From Fulvivirga sp. (lineage in GTDB: Bacteria > Bacteroidota > Bacteroidia > Cytophagales > Cyclobacteriaceae), in NCBI GenBank assembly GCA_048268855.1, contig JBLWUR010000006.1:38474-102473 (forward strand): 64,000 nucleotides of DNA, read 5' to 3'. This document shows, one piece after another, positions 36,500 through 47,397 of this stretch. The notes beneath the pieces were generated by a model, which was not told the origin of the DNA, searched no databases, and saw only the letters and a list, made by a program, of their open reading frames with translations. The position numbers and the translations under genes were made by a program. Numbering within the stretch: the stretch's first letter is position 1; the number at the start of each line of letters is the position of its first letter.

Positions 36500-37264
36500 T
36501 CATTCCGCTATTATCTGATCTTTATATTCCAAATTGACCCTATCATAGGTGTTCCATCCCTTCTGGGGTAAAATCTTCTGATAAAATACTTTCAGCTTTC
36601 TGAATTTTTCTTCCAGCTGCACCGGTTGCCCAAACTCCACAATCTGCTTTGTCACTTGTGGGTATATTTTCACATATAAATTCTTATCGATATCAATTTC
36701 TGCGATCTGAGCCTTCCAAAATTTATCTTCATTGATAAATTTCAATAGCTCATAAATCTTTTGCCCATCTTCTGTGGCTTTCAAATCCTTTTCTGTCATT
36801 TTACCCATGTAGCTGCCCGTAATCACCATCGTTCTAGAGGTATACTTACTGGATGCTGGTAAAATCACACCGTCCATTGCTACATAGCCACTTGGGGTTC
36901 CGTTATTTAATATTCTGGCAAAAGGTCTTCTTAGGGAGGCATTTACCAAAATATTACCTTTCAAATCTTTATAGATTTCTGCTTTATTAAGAAATTTTTG
37001 TGCACGTACACGTTCTTCAATTTCCTTCAAGTTCAAATCCTTAAAATCAACACCCACAATGGCCTCTTCTCCATCATCGGTCATGAGAGAAAGGATATCA
37101 TTTTCATCAATAAAGAAGTTATTCGCCTGATTGTTGAGTTTGATAACGATACTTCTGCATACCTCTGCACTCTGCTTGCGTTCAGCAAAACTTATCACAG
37201 AAAGTATAACTACTCCAGCTATGATCATTCTAACTCCCTTTCCGATTTTTATCTTCTTAAGCAT
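36500..37264 (-). CDS. ftsQ: Cell division protein FtsQ
   Basis: N-terminal TM, POTRA-like region, FWKAQIAEI, VEFG, LKVFY, YDRVNLEYKDQIIA; sits between murC and ftsA. Confidence 0.88.
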   Translation of the reverse strand: MLKKIKIGKGVRMIIAGVVILSVISFAERKQSAEVCRSIVIKLNNQANNFFIDENDILSLMTDDGEEAIVGVDFKDLNLKEIEERVRAQKFLNKAEIYKDLKGNILVNASLRRPFARILNNGTPSGYVAMDGVILPASSKYTSRTMVITGSYMGKMTEKDLKATEDGQKIYELLKFINEDKFWKAQIAEIDIDKNLYVKIYPQVTKQIVEFGQPVQLEEKFRKLKVFYQKILPQKGWNTYDRVNLEYKDQIIAE

Positions 37265-38651
37265 CGTATTTGTCAGTTAAAAGTTTCTTAATAGGTGCAA
37301 CCAATTTATCTATGTCCCCTGCTCCGATGGTGGCCACAATTTCAAAATCCATTGCTGTCATTTTCTCTAAAAGTTCCTCTTTAGAGGTCAATACTTTAGC
37401 CGTCTCGATTTTATCAAAAACAAGCTGCGAGGTTACACCTTCCATTGGTTCTTCACGTGCAGGGTAGATATCCAAAAGAATAACTTCATCAGCAAGACTT
37501 AGACTTTCGGCAAAGCCATCTACAAAATCACGGGTGCGACTGAAAAGGTGCGGCTGAAATATGGCCGTCACTTTTCTGTTAGGATAAAGCGCTTTCAATG
37601 ATTTTAAGAATGATTCAATTTCTACCGGATGATGTGCATAGTCATCTACCAAGACGATATGCTCTTCTTTCAAGATATACTCAAATCTCCTCTTTACACC
37701 TCTATATGACTTAATTCCATTTCTGATTTCCTCCACAGAAAGGCCTAATTCCAATGCTACTGCAATGGCAGCTGTAGCATTTTCCACATTATGAAAACCG
37801 GGGACGCCTAGCTCAAGCTTTTCAATATTATGCTGCTTGTCGTTATAGTTGAATTCAAAAAAACCATTATTCATGGTAATATTGCTGGCAAAAAATTGTC
37901 CTCGGCTTAAGCCATAAGTATGTACTGATTGTTTGTAATTGTCGGTTACAAGGTCTTTCGCAATCTTCTCATTAATGAAAAGTTTCCCATCCTGTTTTAT
38001 TTGGTTGATAAAGTCTTTAAAGGAATTTTCTAGGTGTTTCTTATCTCCATAGATATCCAAATGATCAGCATCTGCTGAAGTCACTATGGCTACATCAGGA
38101 TGTAAAGTCAAGAATGAGCGATCGAACTCATCTGCCTCCACTACTGCAATGGCCGTTTTACCTTCTACCTTACTGGCAATGAAATTAGAATTATAGTTAG
38201 TGGCTATGCCTCCTAAAAATGCAGTGATATCTCTACCTGAATGTTTCAGCAGGTGAGCTACCATTGAAGAGGTTGTAGTTTTGCCGTGTGTACCAGCAAC
38301 AGCCACTAAATAAAAATTGGCAGAAATCATTCCTAATACTTCTGATCTCTTATGAAGTTTGTAATTACTTGAAGTGAAAAAATTTAACCCTTTATGCGAT
38401 TTTGGAATAGCAGGCGTAATTACCACCAATACCTTCTCCTTATCGATTCTGATTTTTTCAGGAATGCTATCTAAATCATCTACAAAATGGATGTCTATGC
38501 CTTCAGTTATTAATTGATCCGTCAAAGCTGTAGGTGTACGATCATAACCCGATACAGCAAAACCATTTTGGTTGAACCATCTAGCCAAAGCACTCATACC
38601 TATCCCACCGATACCTATGAAATAAACGCTATGGTATTGAGTCAGATTCAT
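37257..38651 (-). CDS. murC: UDP-N-acetylmuramate--L-alanine ligase
   Basis: FIGIGGIGMSALA, VAGTHGKTTTS, EADEFDRSFL, DDYAHHP, FQPHLFSRT. Confidence 0.98.
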   Translation of the reverse strand: MNLTQYHSVYFIGIGGIGMSALARWFNQNGFAVSGYDRTPTALTDQLITEGIDIHFVDDLDSIPEKIRIDKEKVLVVITPAIPKSHKGLNFFTSSNYKLHKRSEVLGMISANFYLVAVAGTHGKTTTSSMVAHLLKHSGRDITAFLGGIATNYNSNFIASKVEGKTAIAVVEADEFDRSFLTLHPDVAIVTSADADHLDIYGDKKHLENSFKDFINQIKQDGKLFINEKIAKDLVTDNYKQSVHTYGLSRGQFFASNITMNNGFFEFNYNDKQHNIEKLELGVPGFHNVENATAAIAVALELGLSVEEIRNGIKSYRGVKRRFEYILKEEHIVLVDDYAHHPVEIESFLKSLKALYPNRKVTAIFQPHLFSRTRDFVDGFAESLSLADEVILLDIYPAREEPMEGVTSQLVFDKIETAKVLTSKEELLEKMTAMDFEIVATIGAGDIDKLVAPIKKLLTDKYDA

Positions 38652-39757
38652 TTGACGATTTTCATTAATTCCTCTACTATATCTTTTGCAGCCGATGGTT
38701 TGGCGAGTTTCTTTATATTTTTCGAAAGCTTATTTTGTGTCTCAGCATTTTCTAGAAGATCAATTATATTGAGCATCAGCGTAAGCCTGGCTGCAGAATC
38801 CTTTATCAGGATTGCCGCATCTACAGTGCTTAATGCTTCAGCATTTTTGGTTTGGTGATCTTCAGCCACATTGGGTGATGGCACTAGAATGACTGGCTTA
38901 CCCACAATGCACATCTCTGATATCGACAATGCACCTGCCCTTGAAACAATGACATCAGCCACAGCGTAGGCCAAATCCATTCGATCAATAAACTGAACGA
39001 CACGAACATTAGTTAAATCAAAATTTTTGGACTTAGAGGTCATTTCATCAAAGTAGAACCTACCTGTTTGCCATAACACCTGATGACCTGCCTTTATAGC
39101 CTGATCCAGCTTCCCAATTATACTATCATTAATGGTTCTTGCCCCAAGACTACCTCCTAATATTAGTATAGTTTTTCTCTTGCTATCTAGATTAAAATAG
39201 GTCAAGCCTTCACTCTTCTTTTGTTCAATATCAAGAATGTCTTTTCTAACTGGGTTTCCGGTAAGTACAATTTTATTTGCAGGGAAATACTTTTCCATGC
39301 CATTATATGCCACGCATATAATACTTGTATTCTTACCAAATTTCTTATTGGTAAGCCCTGCATAAGAATTCTGTTCTTGAATTAATGAAGGCACTTTGTA
39401 ACTGTTCGCTGCAAACATCATCGGCCCACTTGCATAGCCACCAAAACCTAATACCGCATCAGGCTTAAATTTTCTTACTATTTTCTTTGCAGCAATAAAA
39501 CTATAGATCACCTTAAATGGGAAAATCAAATTACTGATCGTAACCCTACGCTGGATTCCACTTATCCAAAGTCCAACTATTTCATAGCCCGCCTTTGGCA
39601 CCATGGTCATTTCCATTTTGCCCATTGCGCCAACAAATAATATTTGCGCATCAGCATGGATCCGCTTGATCTCATTGGCCACAGCCAAAGCTGGATAGAT
39701 ATGGCCACCTGTGCCTCCTCCGCTTATAATGAATCGATATGGTTCCTTTCTAGTCAA
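38648..39757 (-). CDS. murG: Undecaprenyl-PP-MurNAc-pentapeptide GlcNAc transferase
   Basis: SGGGTGGHIYPALA, GFGGYAS, QEQNS, TGNPVR, GGSLGA, SRAGA, EDHQTKNA; TTG start. Confidence 0.98.
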   Translation of the reverse strand: MTRKEPYRFIISGGGTGGHIYPALAVANEIKRIHADAQILFVGAMGKMEMTMVPKAGYEIVGLWISGIQRRVTISNLIFPFKVIYSFIAAKKIVRKFKPDAVLGFGGYASGPMMFAANSYKVPSLIQEQNSYAGLTNKKFGKNTSIICVAYNGMEKYFPANKIVLTGNPVRKDILDIEQKKSEGLTYFNLDSKRKTILILGGSLGARTINDSIIGKLDQAIKAGHQVLWQTGRFYFDEMTSKSKNFDLTNVRVVQFIDRMDLAYAVADVIVSRAGALSISEMCIVGKPVILVPSPNVAEDHQTKNAEALSTVDAAILIKDSAARLTLMLNIIDLLENAETQNKLSKNIKKLAKPSAAKDIVEELMKIVK

Positions 39758-40918
39758 TTATGCTGCTTTTGCTATATTTCTAATTTCCCCACTGGCGCTT
39801 TCCCAAGTGGTATCTGTTTCTCCTCTACTCACACTTATTATTATACCAATTGAAAGTCCTGTAAATAAAAGCGATGTTCCACCCATACTTATTAGCGGAA
39901 GTGGAAGTCCGGTAATCGGCCCTAAACCTACAACTACACCCATATTTACCATAGCCTGTAGTACAATGGCAAAGCTCAACCCTGCCGATAATAGTCCTCC
40001 AAAGGCCCGCTCACTATTGGTAACCGCCTTCATGCCTCTGGATAATAAAATGAGATAAAGTATGAGCACTACCACCCCTCCTACCATACCATATTCTTCA
40101 ATGATGATTGCAAATACAAAATCAGAGTAGGGATGTGGTAATATATTTCGTTGTTGACTTTGTCCCGGTCCTTTGCCAAACACACCACCAGTTGCTACAG
40201 CGATTCGGGCATATTTTGCCTGAAATGGTAGTTCATCACCATTAATAAAGCTTTCAATTCTGTTCTTTGCTGTTTCTCCTCTTACTCCAAACATTAAGGC
40301 CGCTGTACCGGCTAGTAAACCAACAAAAATGAGCATCCCCAAATATTTGACTGGCACTCTACCTATAAACATGACCAACATACAGGTTAAGAATAAAAGC
40401 ACTGCAGAAGATAAATTGGTAAGTGCTATCAACCCACAGATAACCCCTATCCATATTAACATTGGAATAAATGACTCTTTAAAATCTTCTATATTTTGCT
40501 GCCTTTTGGAAAGCATGCTTGCCAAGCTGGTAATTAAGGCCAAACTCGCTAAGTCTGATGGTTGAAATGACGCATCGATAACTGGAATCAATATCCAACG
40601 AGAGGCATCATTCAGGCTCACCCCATTGGTGAATGTATAAATGAGTAATGGCACACTTAACCAAAGAGCGAACCTTGATAATTTGGAATAATAGCGATAA
40701 TCTACCCTATGAGCCGCCCACATGGCAAAAATACCCACGCCTACAAGGAAAGTATGCTTGATAAGATAAGACTCAGGGTTTTTCATATGCTTGAATGCAA
40801 GCGTACCTGTAGCGCTATATACCACCAGAATACTGATCAGAGAAAGCGCAAATATTACTACCCAGATCACCGGATCGCCTTTTAAATGATTGTCTACCCA
40901 AGCTTTTACTTTAATCAT
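39758..40918 (-). CDS. ftsW: Peptidoglycan polymerase FtsW (SEDS)
   Basis: NDASRWI, FQPSDLA, GGVFGKGPG, LPHPYSDFVFAII.EEYG, GLPLPLISMGGTS. Confidence 0.96.
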   Translation of the reverse strand: MIKVKAWVDNHLKGDPVIWVVIFALSLISILVVYSATGTLAFKHMKNPESYLIKHTFLVGVGIFAMWAAHRVDYRYYSKLSRFALWLSVPLLIYTFTNGVSLNDASRWILIPVIDASFQPSDLASLALITSLASMLSKRQQNIEDFKESFIPMLIWIGVICGLIALTNLSSAVLLFLTCMLVMFIGRVPVKYLGMLIFVGLLAGTAALMFGVRGETAKNRIESFINGDELPFQAKYARIAVATGGVFGKGPGQSQQRNILPHPYSDFVFAIIIEEYGMVGGVVVLILYLILLSRGMKAVTNSERAFGGLLSAGLSFAIVLQAMVNMGVVVGLGPITGLPLPLISMGGTSLLFTGLSIGIIISVSRGETDTTWESASGEIRNIAKAA

Positions 40919-42270
40919 TGTTCTAAAGCTTTAGATTCAAAATCGTTTTTCAATTCTAATACTGCTTGTCTAAACTGATCGCCTCTGTCTTCGTAATTGT
41001 TGAACAGATCGAAACTTGCACAAGCGGGTGACAGCAGTACTACATCATGGGCATCAGCATAATCTAAGGCTGCATTAACAGCTTCTTGGATGCTGTCGGT
41101 TTCCATCATATTGATGATCTTATTATGGAATGCATCTCTCAACTTGGAATTGTCTTTACCCAAACACACCAATGCTTTCACCTTTTCATTCACGGCATCC
41201 ATAATCAAATCGTATTGATTCCCTTTATCAATGCCACCAGCAATCCAAACTAAAGGCTCTGAAAAGCTATCCAATGCATATTTCACCGCATCCACATTAG
41301 TTGCTTTGGAGTCATTAATGAAGCGTACATTATTAATTGTAGCCACATACTCCATGCGATGAGGGGCATTTTTAAATGTTTTTAAGGATTTTTTTATACT
41401 TTGCTCGTCAATACCTACCAACTGAGCTGCACAAATGGCAGACATCATATTTATTGCATTATGTTTACCTAATAAGGAAGTGTCTATCTGATTGACAGAA
41501 AATGAACCTACATTCATAACCCCATCCTGGGAATAACCAAAACTGTCAGTATGCTCTAATGAAATTGGCTTCAAGCCATTTTCGATGTTCAAACGGTCTA
41601 CTTCCTGCTTAATTAGTTCATTATCAGCATAATAGATGAAATGATCCTTGGCATCTATGTTCTGTATTATTCTAAATTTAGAATTGACATAGTTTTCAAT
41701 TTTGTATTCATACCTGTCCATATGATCAGGTGTGATATTCAGAAGTATGGAAATAAATGGTTTCAATGAATAGCAACCATCCAGTTGAAAACTGCTCATT
41801 TCAATTACGTAATAATCGAATTCATCTTTAATTACCTGCTTTGCCAAACTGTGCCCCACGTTGCCAGCTAATCCCACCTTTAAACCTGCCTCTTTTAATA
41901 AATGATAGGTAAGTAAGGTGGTAGTTGTTTTACCATTGGTACCGGTGATGGCTATTAATTTTGCCTTAGTATAACTGAAAGCAAATTCTATTTCATCCAC
42001 TATTTTGATTCCCGCTTCCCTTATCTCTTTTATTATAGGCGCTTTCTCAGGAATTCCCGGACTCTTTATCACCATTCTTGATTTCAGGATCTTTAGCTTA
42101 GAATGTCTTTCTTCTTCAAATTCAATACTAGCTGCAACTAGCTGATTTTTAAATTTCTTACCTATAAGCCCATTGTCAGATACAAACACATCATACCCTT
42201 TCGCTTTCGCTAAAAGTGCTGCGCCTGTTCCGCTTTCTCCTGCTCCCAATATGGTTATTAGATGTGCTAT
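40915..42270 (-). CDS. murD: UDP-MurNAc-L-Ala--D-glutamate ligase; apparent ATA start
   Basis: ILGAGESG, SPGIP, ITGTNGKTTT, EMSSFQL, LNITPDHMDRY, NDSKATN, LLSPACASFD. The reading frame extends 7 codons upstream of TTG 42249 to ATA GCA CAT CTA ATA ACC ATA, 1 nt after the mraY stop. Confidence 0.96.
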   Translation of the reverse strand: MAHLITILGAGESGTGAALLAKAKGYDVFVSDNGLIGKKFKNQLVAASIEFEEERHSKLKILKSRMVIKSPGIPEKAPIIKEIREAGIKIVDEIEFAFSYTKAKLIAITGTNGKTTTTLLTYHLLKEAGLKVGLAGNVGHSLAKQVIKDEFDYYVIEMSSFQLDGCYSLKPFISILLNITPDHMDRYEYKIENYVNSKFRIIQNIDAKDHFIYYADNELIKQEVDRLNIENGLKPISLEHTDSFGYSQDGVMNVGSFSVNQIDTSLLGKHNAINMMSAICAAQLVGIDEQSIKKSLKTFKNAPHRMEYVATINNVRFINDSKATNVDAVKYALDSFSEPLVWIAGGIDKGNQYDLIMDAVNEKVKALVCLGKDNSKLRDAFHNKIINMMETDSIQEAVNAALDYADAHDVVLLSPACASFDLFNNYEDRGDQFRQAVLELKNDFESKALEQ

Positions 42271-42271
42271 G

Positions 42272-43480
42272 TTATCTTAGTTTTAATGTTGCTAATGTTA
42301 AAATGGCTAACAGAATACCTACGATCCAAAACCGTGTTACAATTTTAGATTCGTGGATTTCCATTTTCTGATAGTGATGATGCAGCGGTGACATTCTAAA
42401 AATCCTTCTGCCCTCGCCATATTTTTTTCTGGTGTATTTGAAATAGCTTACCTGTAATATCACAGAGGATGTTTCTATAAGGAATATTCCGCATAATAAG
42501 GGTATCATCAATTCCTTACGCACTGCCAATGCGATAACGGCTATCACGCCACCAAGTGTAAGACTGCCTGTATCCCCCATAAAAACTTGTGCCGGGAAAG
42601 AATTGTACCATAGAAAGCCAAGACAGGCTCCAACCATTGCAGTACAAAATATTACCACTTCACTTAAGTTTGGAATGTGAAGTATATTCAGATAATTACT
42701 AAAATCGACCCGACCAGATAGGTAGGCCAAAATAGCTAAGGCTAGTACAATAATTGCGGAAGAACCGGCTGCCAATCCATCAATACCATCGGTAATATTA
42801 GCAGCGTTAGAAACGGCAGTAATGATAAAAATTACAATCAGTACGTATACAATCCAGGTGTATTCATGGTCTAAAAATGGGATTAACTTATCGTAATCCA
42901 GTTCATTATTTTTTAGAAATGGAACTGTTGTTTTAGTAGATTTCACATCTTCATAAGATCTGATAATCTCGTGATTTTCGATAATTGGATCGTCAGAATA
43001 TTCCCTTACTACTACATTTTCATTGAAATAAAGAGTAAGCCCAATGATCAATCCAATAACAACTTGCCCTACGATTTTGAACTTACCAGCAAGACCTTCT
43101 TTGTTCTTTTTAAATACCTTGATGTAATCATCAAGAAATCCAATCAGTCCAAAACCAACGGTCGCGAAAATGAGGAGAATTACGTATACATTATCCAATC
43201 GAGCGAAAAGCAATACGGGAATGAGTATAGCACTTATCATTATCAGCCCACCCATGGTTGGTGTTCCTTTCTTTTCCATTTGACCTTCAAGTCCTAAATC
43301 CCTAATACTTTCTCCAACCTGTTGCTTACTTAAAAAATTGATGATTCTTTTTCCTATGAGTATGGTTATAAAAAGGGAAATAACCGCAGCCATACCAGCT
43401 CTGAATGAGATGTATTGAAATACACTCGCCCCTGCCAGGTTATATTCTCTTTCTAAAAAATCAAACAAATAGTATAGCAT
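42272..43480 (-). CDS. mraY: Phospho-MurNAc-pentapeptide transferase
   Basis: [44 protein letters not shown]. Confidence 0.98.
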   Translation of the reverse strand: MLYYLFDFLEREYNLAGASVFQYISFRAGMAAVISLFITILIGKRIINFLSKQQVGESIRDLGLEGQMEKKGTPTMGGLIMISAILIPVLLFARLDNVYVILLIFATVGFGLIGFLDDYIKVFKKNKEGLAGKFKIVGQVVIGLIIGLTLYFNENVVVREYSDDPIIENHEIIRSYEDVKSTKTTVPFLKNNELDYDKLIPFLDHEYTWIVYVLIVIFIITAVSNAANITDGIDGLAAGSSAIIVLALAILAYLSGRVDFSNYLNILHIPNLSEVVIFCTAMVGACLGFLWYNSFPAQVFMGDTGSLTLGGVIAVIALAVRKELMIPLLCGIFLIETSSVILQVSYFKYTRKKYGEGRRIFRMSPLHHHYQKMEIHESKIVTRFWIVGILLAILTLATLKLR

Positions 43481-43483
43481 ACT

Positions 43484-44947
43484 TTAGTTTGCGAATAAGT
43501 TTAACATACGTCCTAATACTTCTTTATCATCAAAGGGGTGTTTTACACCTTTGATGTCTTGATACTTCTCATGGCCCTTTCCTGCCACAAGTATGATGTC
43601 ATTAGCTTTGGCCAATAAACAAGCTGTCTTAATAGCCTCTTCTCTGTTGGCTAACACTACGGTTTTCTTATAGTCTACTGGACTTACCCCTTTTTTCATG
43701 TCATTGATGATCTCATCGGGATCTTCATTGCGTGGATTATCAGAAGTAAAAACCACTTTATCACTCAGTTTGCAAGCAATTGAAGCCATAAGCGGCCTCT
43801 TTGAGGTATCTCTATTTCCACCACAACCCACAACAGTAATTACCTGTTCGTTGCCAGTTCTTAATTCTGCAATAGTTTCCAACACGTTTTTGAGAGCATC
43901 TGGCGTATGAGCATAATCTACAATGGCCGTAATGTCCGATTCGGAAATCACCTGCTCAAATCTGCCAGGGGCGCCATCTAAGGATGACAATGTGGTAAGT
44001 ACATCCTCTTTATCTTCACCTAAAAGAACAGCTGCGCCATATACCGCTGTCAAATTATAGGCGTTAAAATCTCCAATGAGTCTAAACCAAACACTCTTAT
44101 TATCAATTTCTAGTTCAAGCCCTTGAATAGTATTCGACACCATTTTCGACTTAAAATCAGCCATGCTTCTCAGCGCATAAGTGTTTTTAGATGCCTTGGT
44201 GTTTTGCATCATGATATTTCCACGCTTATCATCAGAATTGACTATGGCAAAGGCATGACTGCCTAACCCATCAAATAATTTCTTTTTCGCAGCTATATAA
44301 GCATCGAACGTTTTATGATAATCAAGATGATCGTGCGATATATTAGAGAATATAGCTCCTGCAAAACTTACACCTGCAATCCTGTTTTGATCAATAGCAT
44401 GGGAGCTCACTTCCATAAAACAATATTCACAGCCTTGATCTACCATTTTCCTGAGTAATTTATTCAGGGTCAAGGCGTCAGGAGTGGTGTGCGATGCTGG
44501 GATGATCTCATCATCAATTTGGTTATTAATCGTTGATATCAAGCCAGCTGAATAACCCAGTTTTCTGAAAAGGTTGAATAAAAGTGTGGCAATGGTTGTT
44601 TTTCCATTTGTTCCTGTTACTCCTACTAATTTCAATTGAGCACTTGGGTTACCATAGAAATTAGAGGCCACTATGCCTAACGCTACAGCACTATCTTTAA
44701 CAGCTACGTAAGTGACATTCTCCTCAATTTCTTCAGGAAGTTTTTGACATATAATAGCTACAGCTCCAGAGTCGATGGCTTTTATTATGAATTCATGACC
44801 ATCCACCTGCGTGCCTTTTATCGCTACGAATAATGCACCTTTTTCGACTTCACGAGAATCAAAACACACTTTTGTTATGTCACTCGACATGTCTCCTGAG
44901 GCTGAAACCAAAGGCACTTTGTACAATATGTCTCTTAACTCTGCCAT
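43484..44947 (-). CDS. murE: UDP-MurNAc-dipeptide--2,6-diaminopimelate ligase
   Basis: GVTGTNGKTT, HTTPD, MEVSSHA, HDHLDYH, VDYAHTPDAL, DNPR (meso-DAP specificity), AGKGHE. Confidence 0.98.
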   Translation of the reverse strand: MAELRDILYKVPLVSASGDMSSDITKVCFDSREVEKGALFVAIKGTQVDGHEFIIKAIDSGAVAIICQKLPEEIEENVTYVAVKDSAVALGIVASNFYGNPSAQLKLVGVTGTNGKTTIATLLFNLFRKLGYSAGLISTINNQIDDEIIPASHTTPDALTLNKLLRKMVDQGCEYCFMEVSSHAIDQNRIAGVSFAGAIFSNISHDHLDYHKTFDAYIAAKKKLFDGLGSHAFAIVNSDDKRGNIMMQNTKASKNTYALRSMADFKSKMVSNTIQGLELEIDNKSVWFRLIGDFNAYNLTAVYGAAVLLGEDKEDVLTTLSSLDGAPGRFEQVISESDITAIVDYAHTPDALKNVLETIAELRTGNEQVITVVGCGGNRDTSKRPLMASIACKLSDKVVFTSDNPRNEDPDEIINDMKKGVSPVDYKKTVVLANREEAIKTACLLAKANDIILVAGKGHEKYQDIKGVKHPFDDKEVLGRMLNLFAN

Positions 44948-47037
44948 TAACTTAGTGTAATTGTTATTGATCCTCCCTTAGAAGCCCTGCTACCAGCTAT
45001 TTTCGACTGAGTAACCACTCTTCCTTTACCTTTGATATTTACGTTTAGTCCCGAACTTTCAAGTAAGTAAAGGGCGTCTCTCAACGTCATTCCTTTTACA
45101 TTGGGTACCAGGTTCTCTATTATTTTATTTTCTTTCCATTTAATTGAATTGCCAAATCGCTCAGTTACCACCCAATCCTTTTCTGTAGTACTGTGGTTGG
45201 AGACCCCTAATTGATTGCACAAGTATTTTAAGTCTTCTTGATTACCTGATTGAATAACTGGAAATACGCCAGCCTCCGCTATATAATCTTTTGGCATAGG
45301 ATCGTGCATTTCCACATCACGAGCATAGATATTATCTGCAATTTCTTTAAAAACTGGAGCGGCTACATTGCTACCATATTGTTTCCATCCTTTAGGATTC
45401 TTAATCAATACAATTGCACTATATTTTGGATCCTCTGCGGGGAAATAACCGACAAATGAGGTAAGGTATTTTTTAGTGTATCTTCCATTTTCTAGAATTT
45501 GTGCTGTACCCGTTTTACCTGCAATTTTATAATGGCTGTTTTTTATGTTTTCAGCTGTACCACGCTCTACTACGCCTTCCAACATTATTTTGAGTTTATC
45601 CAGTGTTTCATCTGAACAAATCTTACTATTGAGCACAACTGGCTTATATTTTTCTACTACCTTATCTGCCTTCCTTACTTTTTTGACAAAAACAGGTTTA
45701 ATCATTTTGCCTCCATTTGCCACAGCATTATATAAGGCCAATGTTTGAATTGGTGTTATCTCCAAACCATAACCATAAGCCATCCAAGGCAATGTAATTC
45801 CACTCCAGTCCTTATCAGTAGGTCTTTTTATTATAGGAATTCCCTCTCCTTTAATTTGAAGTCCCAATGGTTTGGTAATGCCTATCTTATCTAGTTGCTC
45901 AATGTATTTCATGGGTTGTTTGCCAAAATACCGATCCGCCAATCGTGCCATAGCTACGTTTGATGAAAGCTCAAAAGCCTGTTGAATGGTAATAATTCCA
46001 TAGCCACCCTTTTCATGGTCTCTGACAGTATCATTATAAAATTTATAGACCCCTTTGCCAGTTCCTATGGTGTCAGCAAGTCTGATACTTGTATTTTCAA
46101 GTAATGCGATCATAGTAGCCAGTTTAAAAGTTGATCCTGGCTCTCTTAGTCCCCCCACAGCATAGTTGTACCTTTCATAATAGTGACCAGTGCTGTTCCT
46201 ACTTAGGTTTGATATGGCTTTAATTTCTCCAGTATGAACCTCCATTACCACTACTACCCCATAATCTGCCTCATGATAATCAAGTGCCCTTAAAAGTGCT
46301 GTTTCACTAACATCTTGCAAATTGATATCGATAGTAGTTTCAATATCTAATCCCTGTTCTGTTTTAACTTCTGAGCCATCGAACACAGGTTTCCAGTTCC
46401 CACCCGCGATTCTTTGATATAAGGCTTCTCCGTCTTTGCCAGCAAGCTGCTCGTTAAAACTATATTCAAGTCCGGCACCCCTATTATTTTCATTGATGAA
46501 ACCTATGGTTCTTAAACTGAGGTTGGAAAATGGTCTAAATCTTTTATCTACTTTTTCAAAAATTACCCCTCCCTTTAATCTGCCTTCTCTAAATATTGGC
46601 CAACTTTCAATTAATTTCTTTTCCTGGTATCCAATAGACCGATTACTTATCGGAATAAATTGTCGGTTCGAGGCTCGTGCGTTTTTAAGCATCCGCTTAT
46701 AACTCTCCGCACTTTGGTCCTTGAAAAAACGAGACAAATGATAAGCAAGGGAGTCTAATCCTTTTGCAAAAAGTTCATTAGAGGCTATCGTGGCATCATA
46801 AGCTACTTTATAAAATGGTAATGAGGTAGCTAGCAAGCTGCCATTGTCACTATAGATATTGCCTCGTGTGGCCTTTACCGGACGATATTGAAAAGTCATC
46901 TGGTCAGACACCTCTTTCCACTTCTCGCCTTCAAAAAACTGTATACGACCAACCTTTATGGCAACCGCAGCAGCAAATATGAAGACAAGCAGAAATGCTA
47001 TCCTTACCCTTAGTAATATGGACTTCTTAATGTTCAC
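44947..47037 (-). CDS. ftsI: Septal transpeptidase PBP3/FtsI with C-terminal PASTA domain
   Basis: RGNIYS, EPGSTFK (SxxK), SSN (SxN), KTGTAQ (KTG), VPNVKGM PASTA; GTG start. Confidence 0.94.
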   Translation of the reverse strand: MNIKKSILLRVRIAFLLVFIFAAAVAIKVGRIQFFEGEKWKEVSDQMTFQYRPVKATRGNIYSDNGSLLATSLPFYKVAYDATIASNELFAKGLDSLAYHLSRFFKDQSAESYKRMLKNARASNRQFIPISNRSIGYQEKKLIESWPIFREGRLKGGVIFEKVDKRFRPFSNLSLRTIGFINENNRGAGLEYSFNEQLAGKDGEALYQRIAGGNWKPVFDGSEVKTEQGLDIETTIDINLQDVSETALLRALDYHEADYGVVVVMEVHTGEIKAISNLSRNSTGHYYERYNYAVGGLREPGSTFKLATMIALLENTSIRLADTIGTGKGVYKFYNDTVRDHEKGGYGIITIQQAFELSSNVAMARLADRYFGKQPMKYIEQLDKIGITKPLGLQIKGEGIPIIKRPTDKDWSGITLPWMAYGYGLEITPIQTLALYNAVANGGKMIKPVFVKKVRKADKVVEKYKPVVLNSKICSDETLDKLKIMLEGVVERGTAENIKNSHYKIAGKTGTAQILENGRYTKKYLTSFVGYFPAEDPKYSAIVLIKNPKGWKQYGSNVAAPVFKEIADNIYARDVEMHDPMPKDYIAEAGVFPVIQSGNQEDLKYLCNQLGVSNHSTTEKDWVVTERFGNSIKWKENKIIENLVPNVKGMTLRDALYLLESSGLNVNIKGKGRVVTQSKIAGSRASKGGSITITLS

Positions 47038-47395
47038 GCTTTACAATTACTTTTTCTGGTGGTCTTAAACTTTCCTTTATTCCTATTTTTGCTACACTTT
47101 TAGCTACTTCAGATTGCTTACCCGCAAACATATAGTTGGCCTTCAGTGTGGTATAATCAGCTCTTAAATCTTCAACTTCTCGTTCTAGCTTGTCAATTTT
47201 TCTTACATTTCTCTCTGCATAGTGGCTATTGCCAATATAAAATATGCCTATAGCTGCTATGAATAATACATAAGGCATATAGCGAACAGGAATGCCATTT
47301 TCAAAGGCCGAATCAATGCGCATAAGATTATCTAAGCGATTAAAAAGGCTACCCCCTCGCTTATTATCTTTTGACTTGAATGAATTCTCTGACAT
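47027..47395 (-). CDS. ftsL: Cell division protein FtsL-like
   Basis: Single TM followed by a coiled coil (IDKLEREVEDLRADY); position between rsmH and ftsI. Confidence 0.82.
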   Translation of the reverse strand: MSENSFKSKDNKRGGSLFNRLDNLMRIDSAFENGIPVRYMPYVLFIAAIGIFYIGNSHYAERNVRKIDKLEREVEDLRADYTTLKANYMFAGKQSEVAKSVAKIGIKESLRPPEKVIVKREH

Positions 47396-47397
47396 AC

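Noticed and set aside
36120-36537. Two + strand ORFs spanning the ftsA start and the heptamer arrays
   Set aside because: Antisense to ftsA/ftsQ; openness is explained by codon bias and the repeats.
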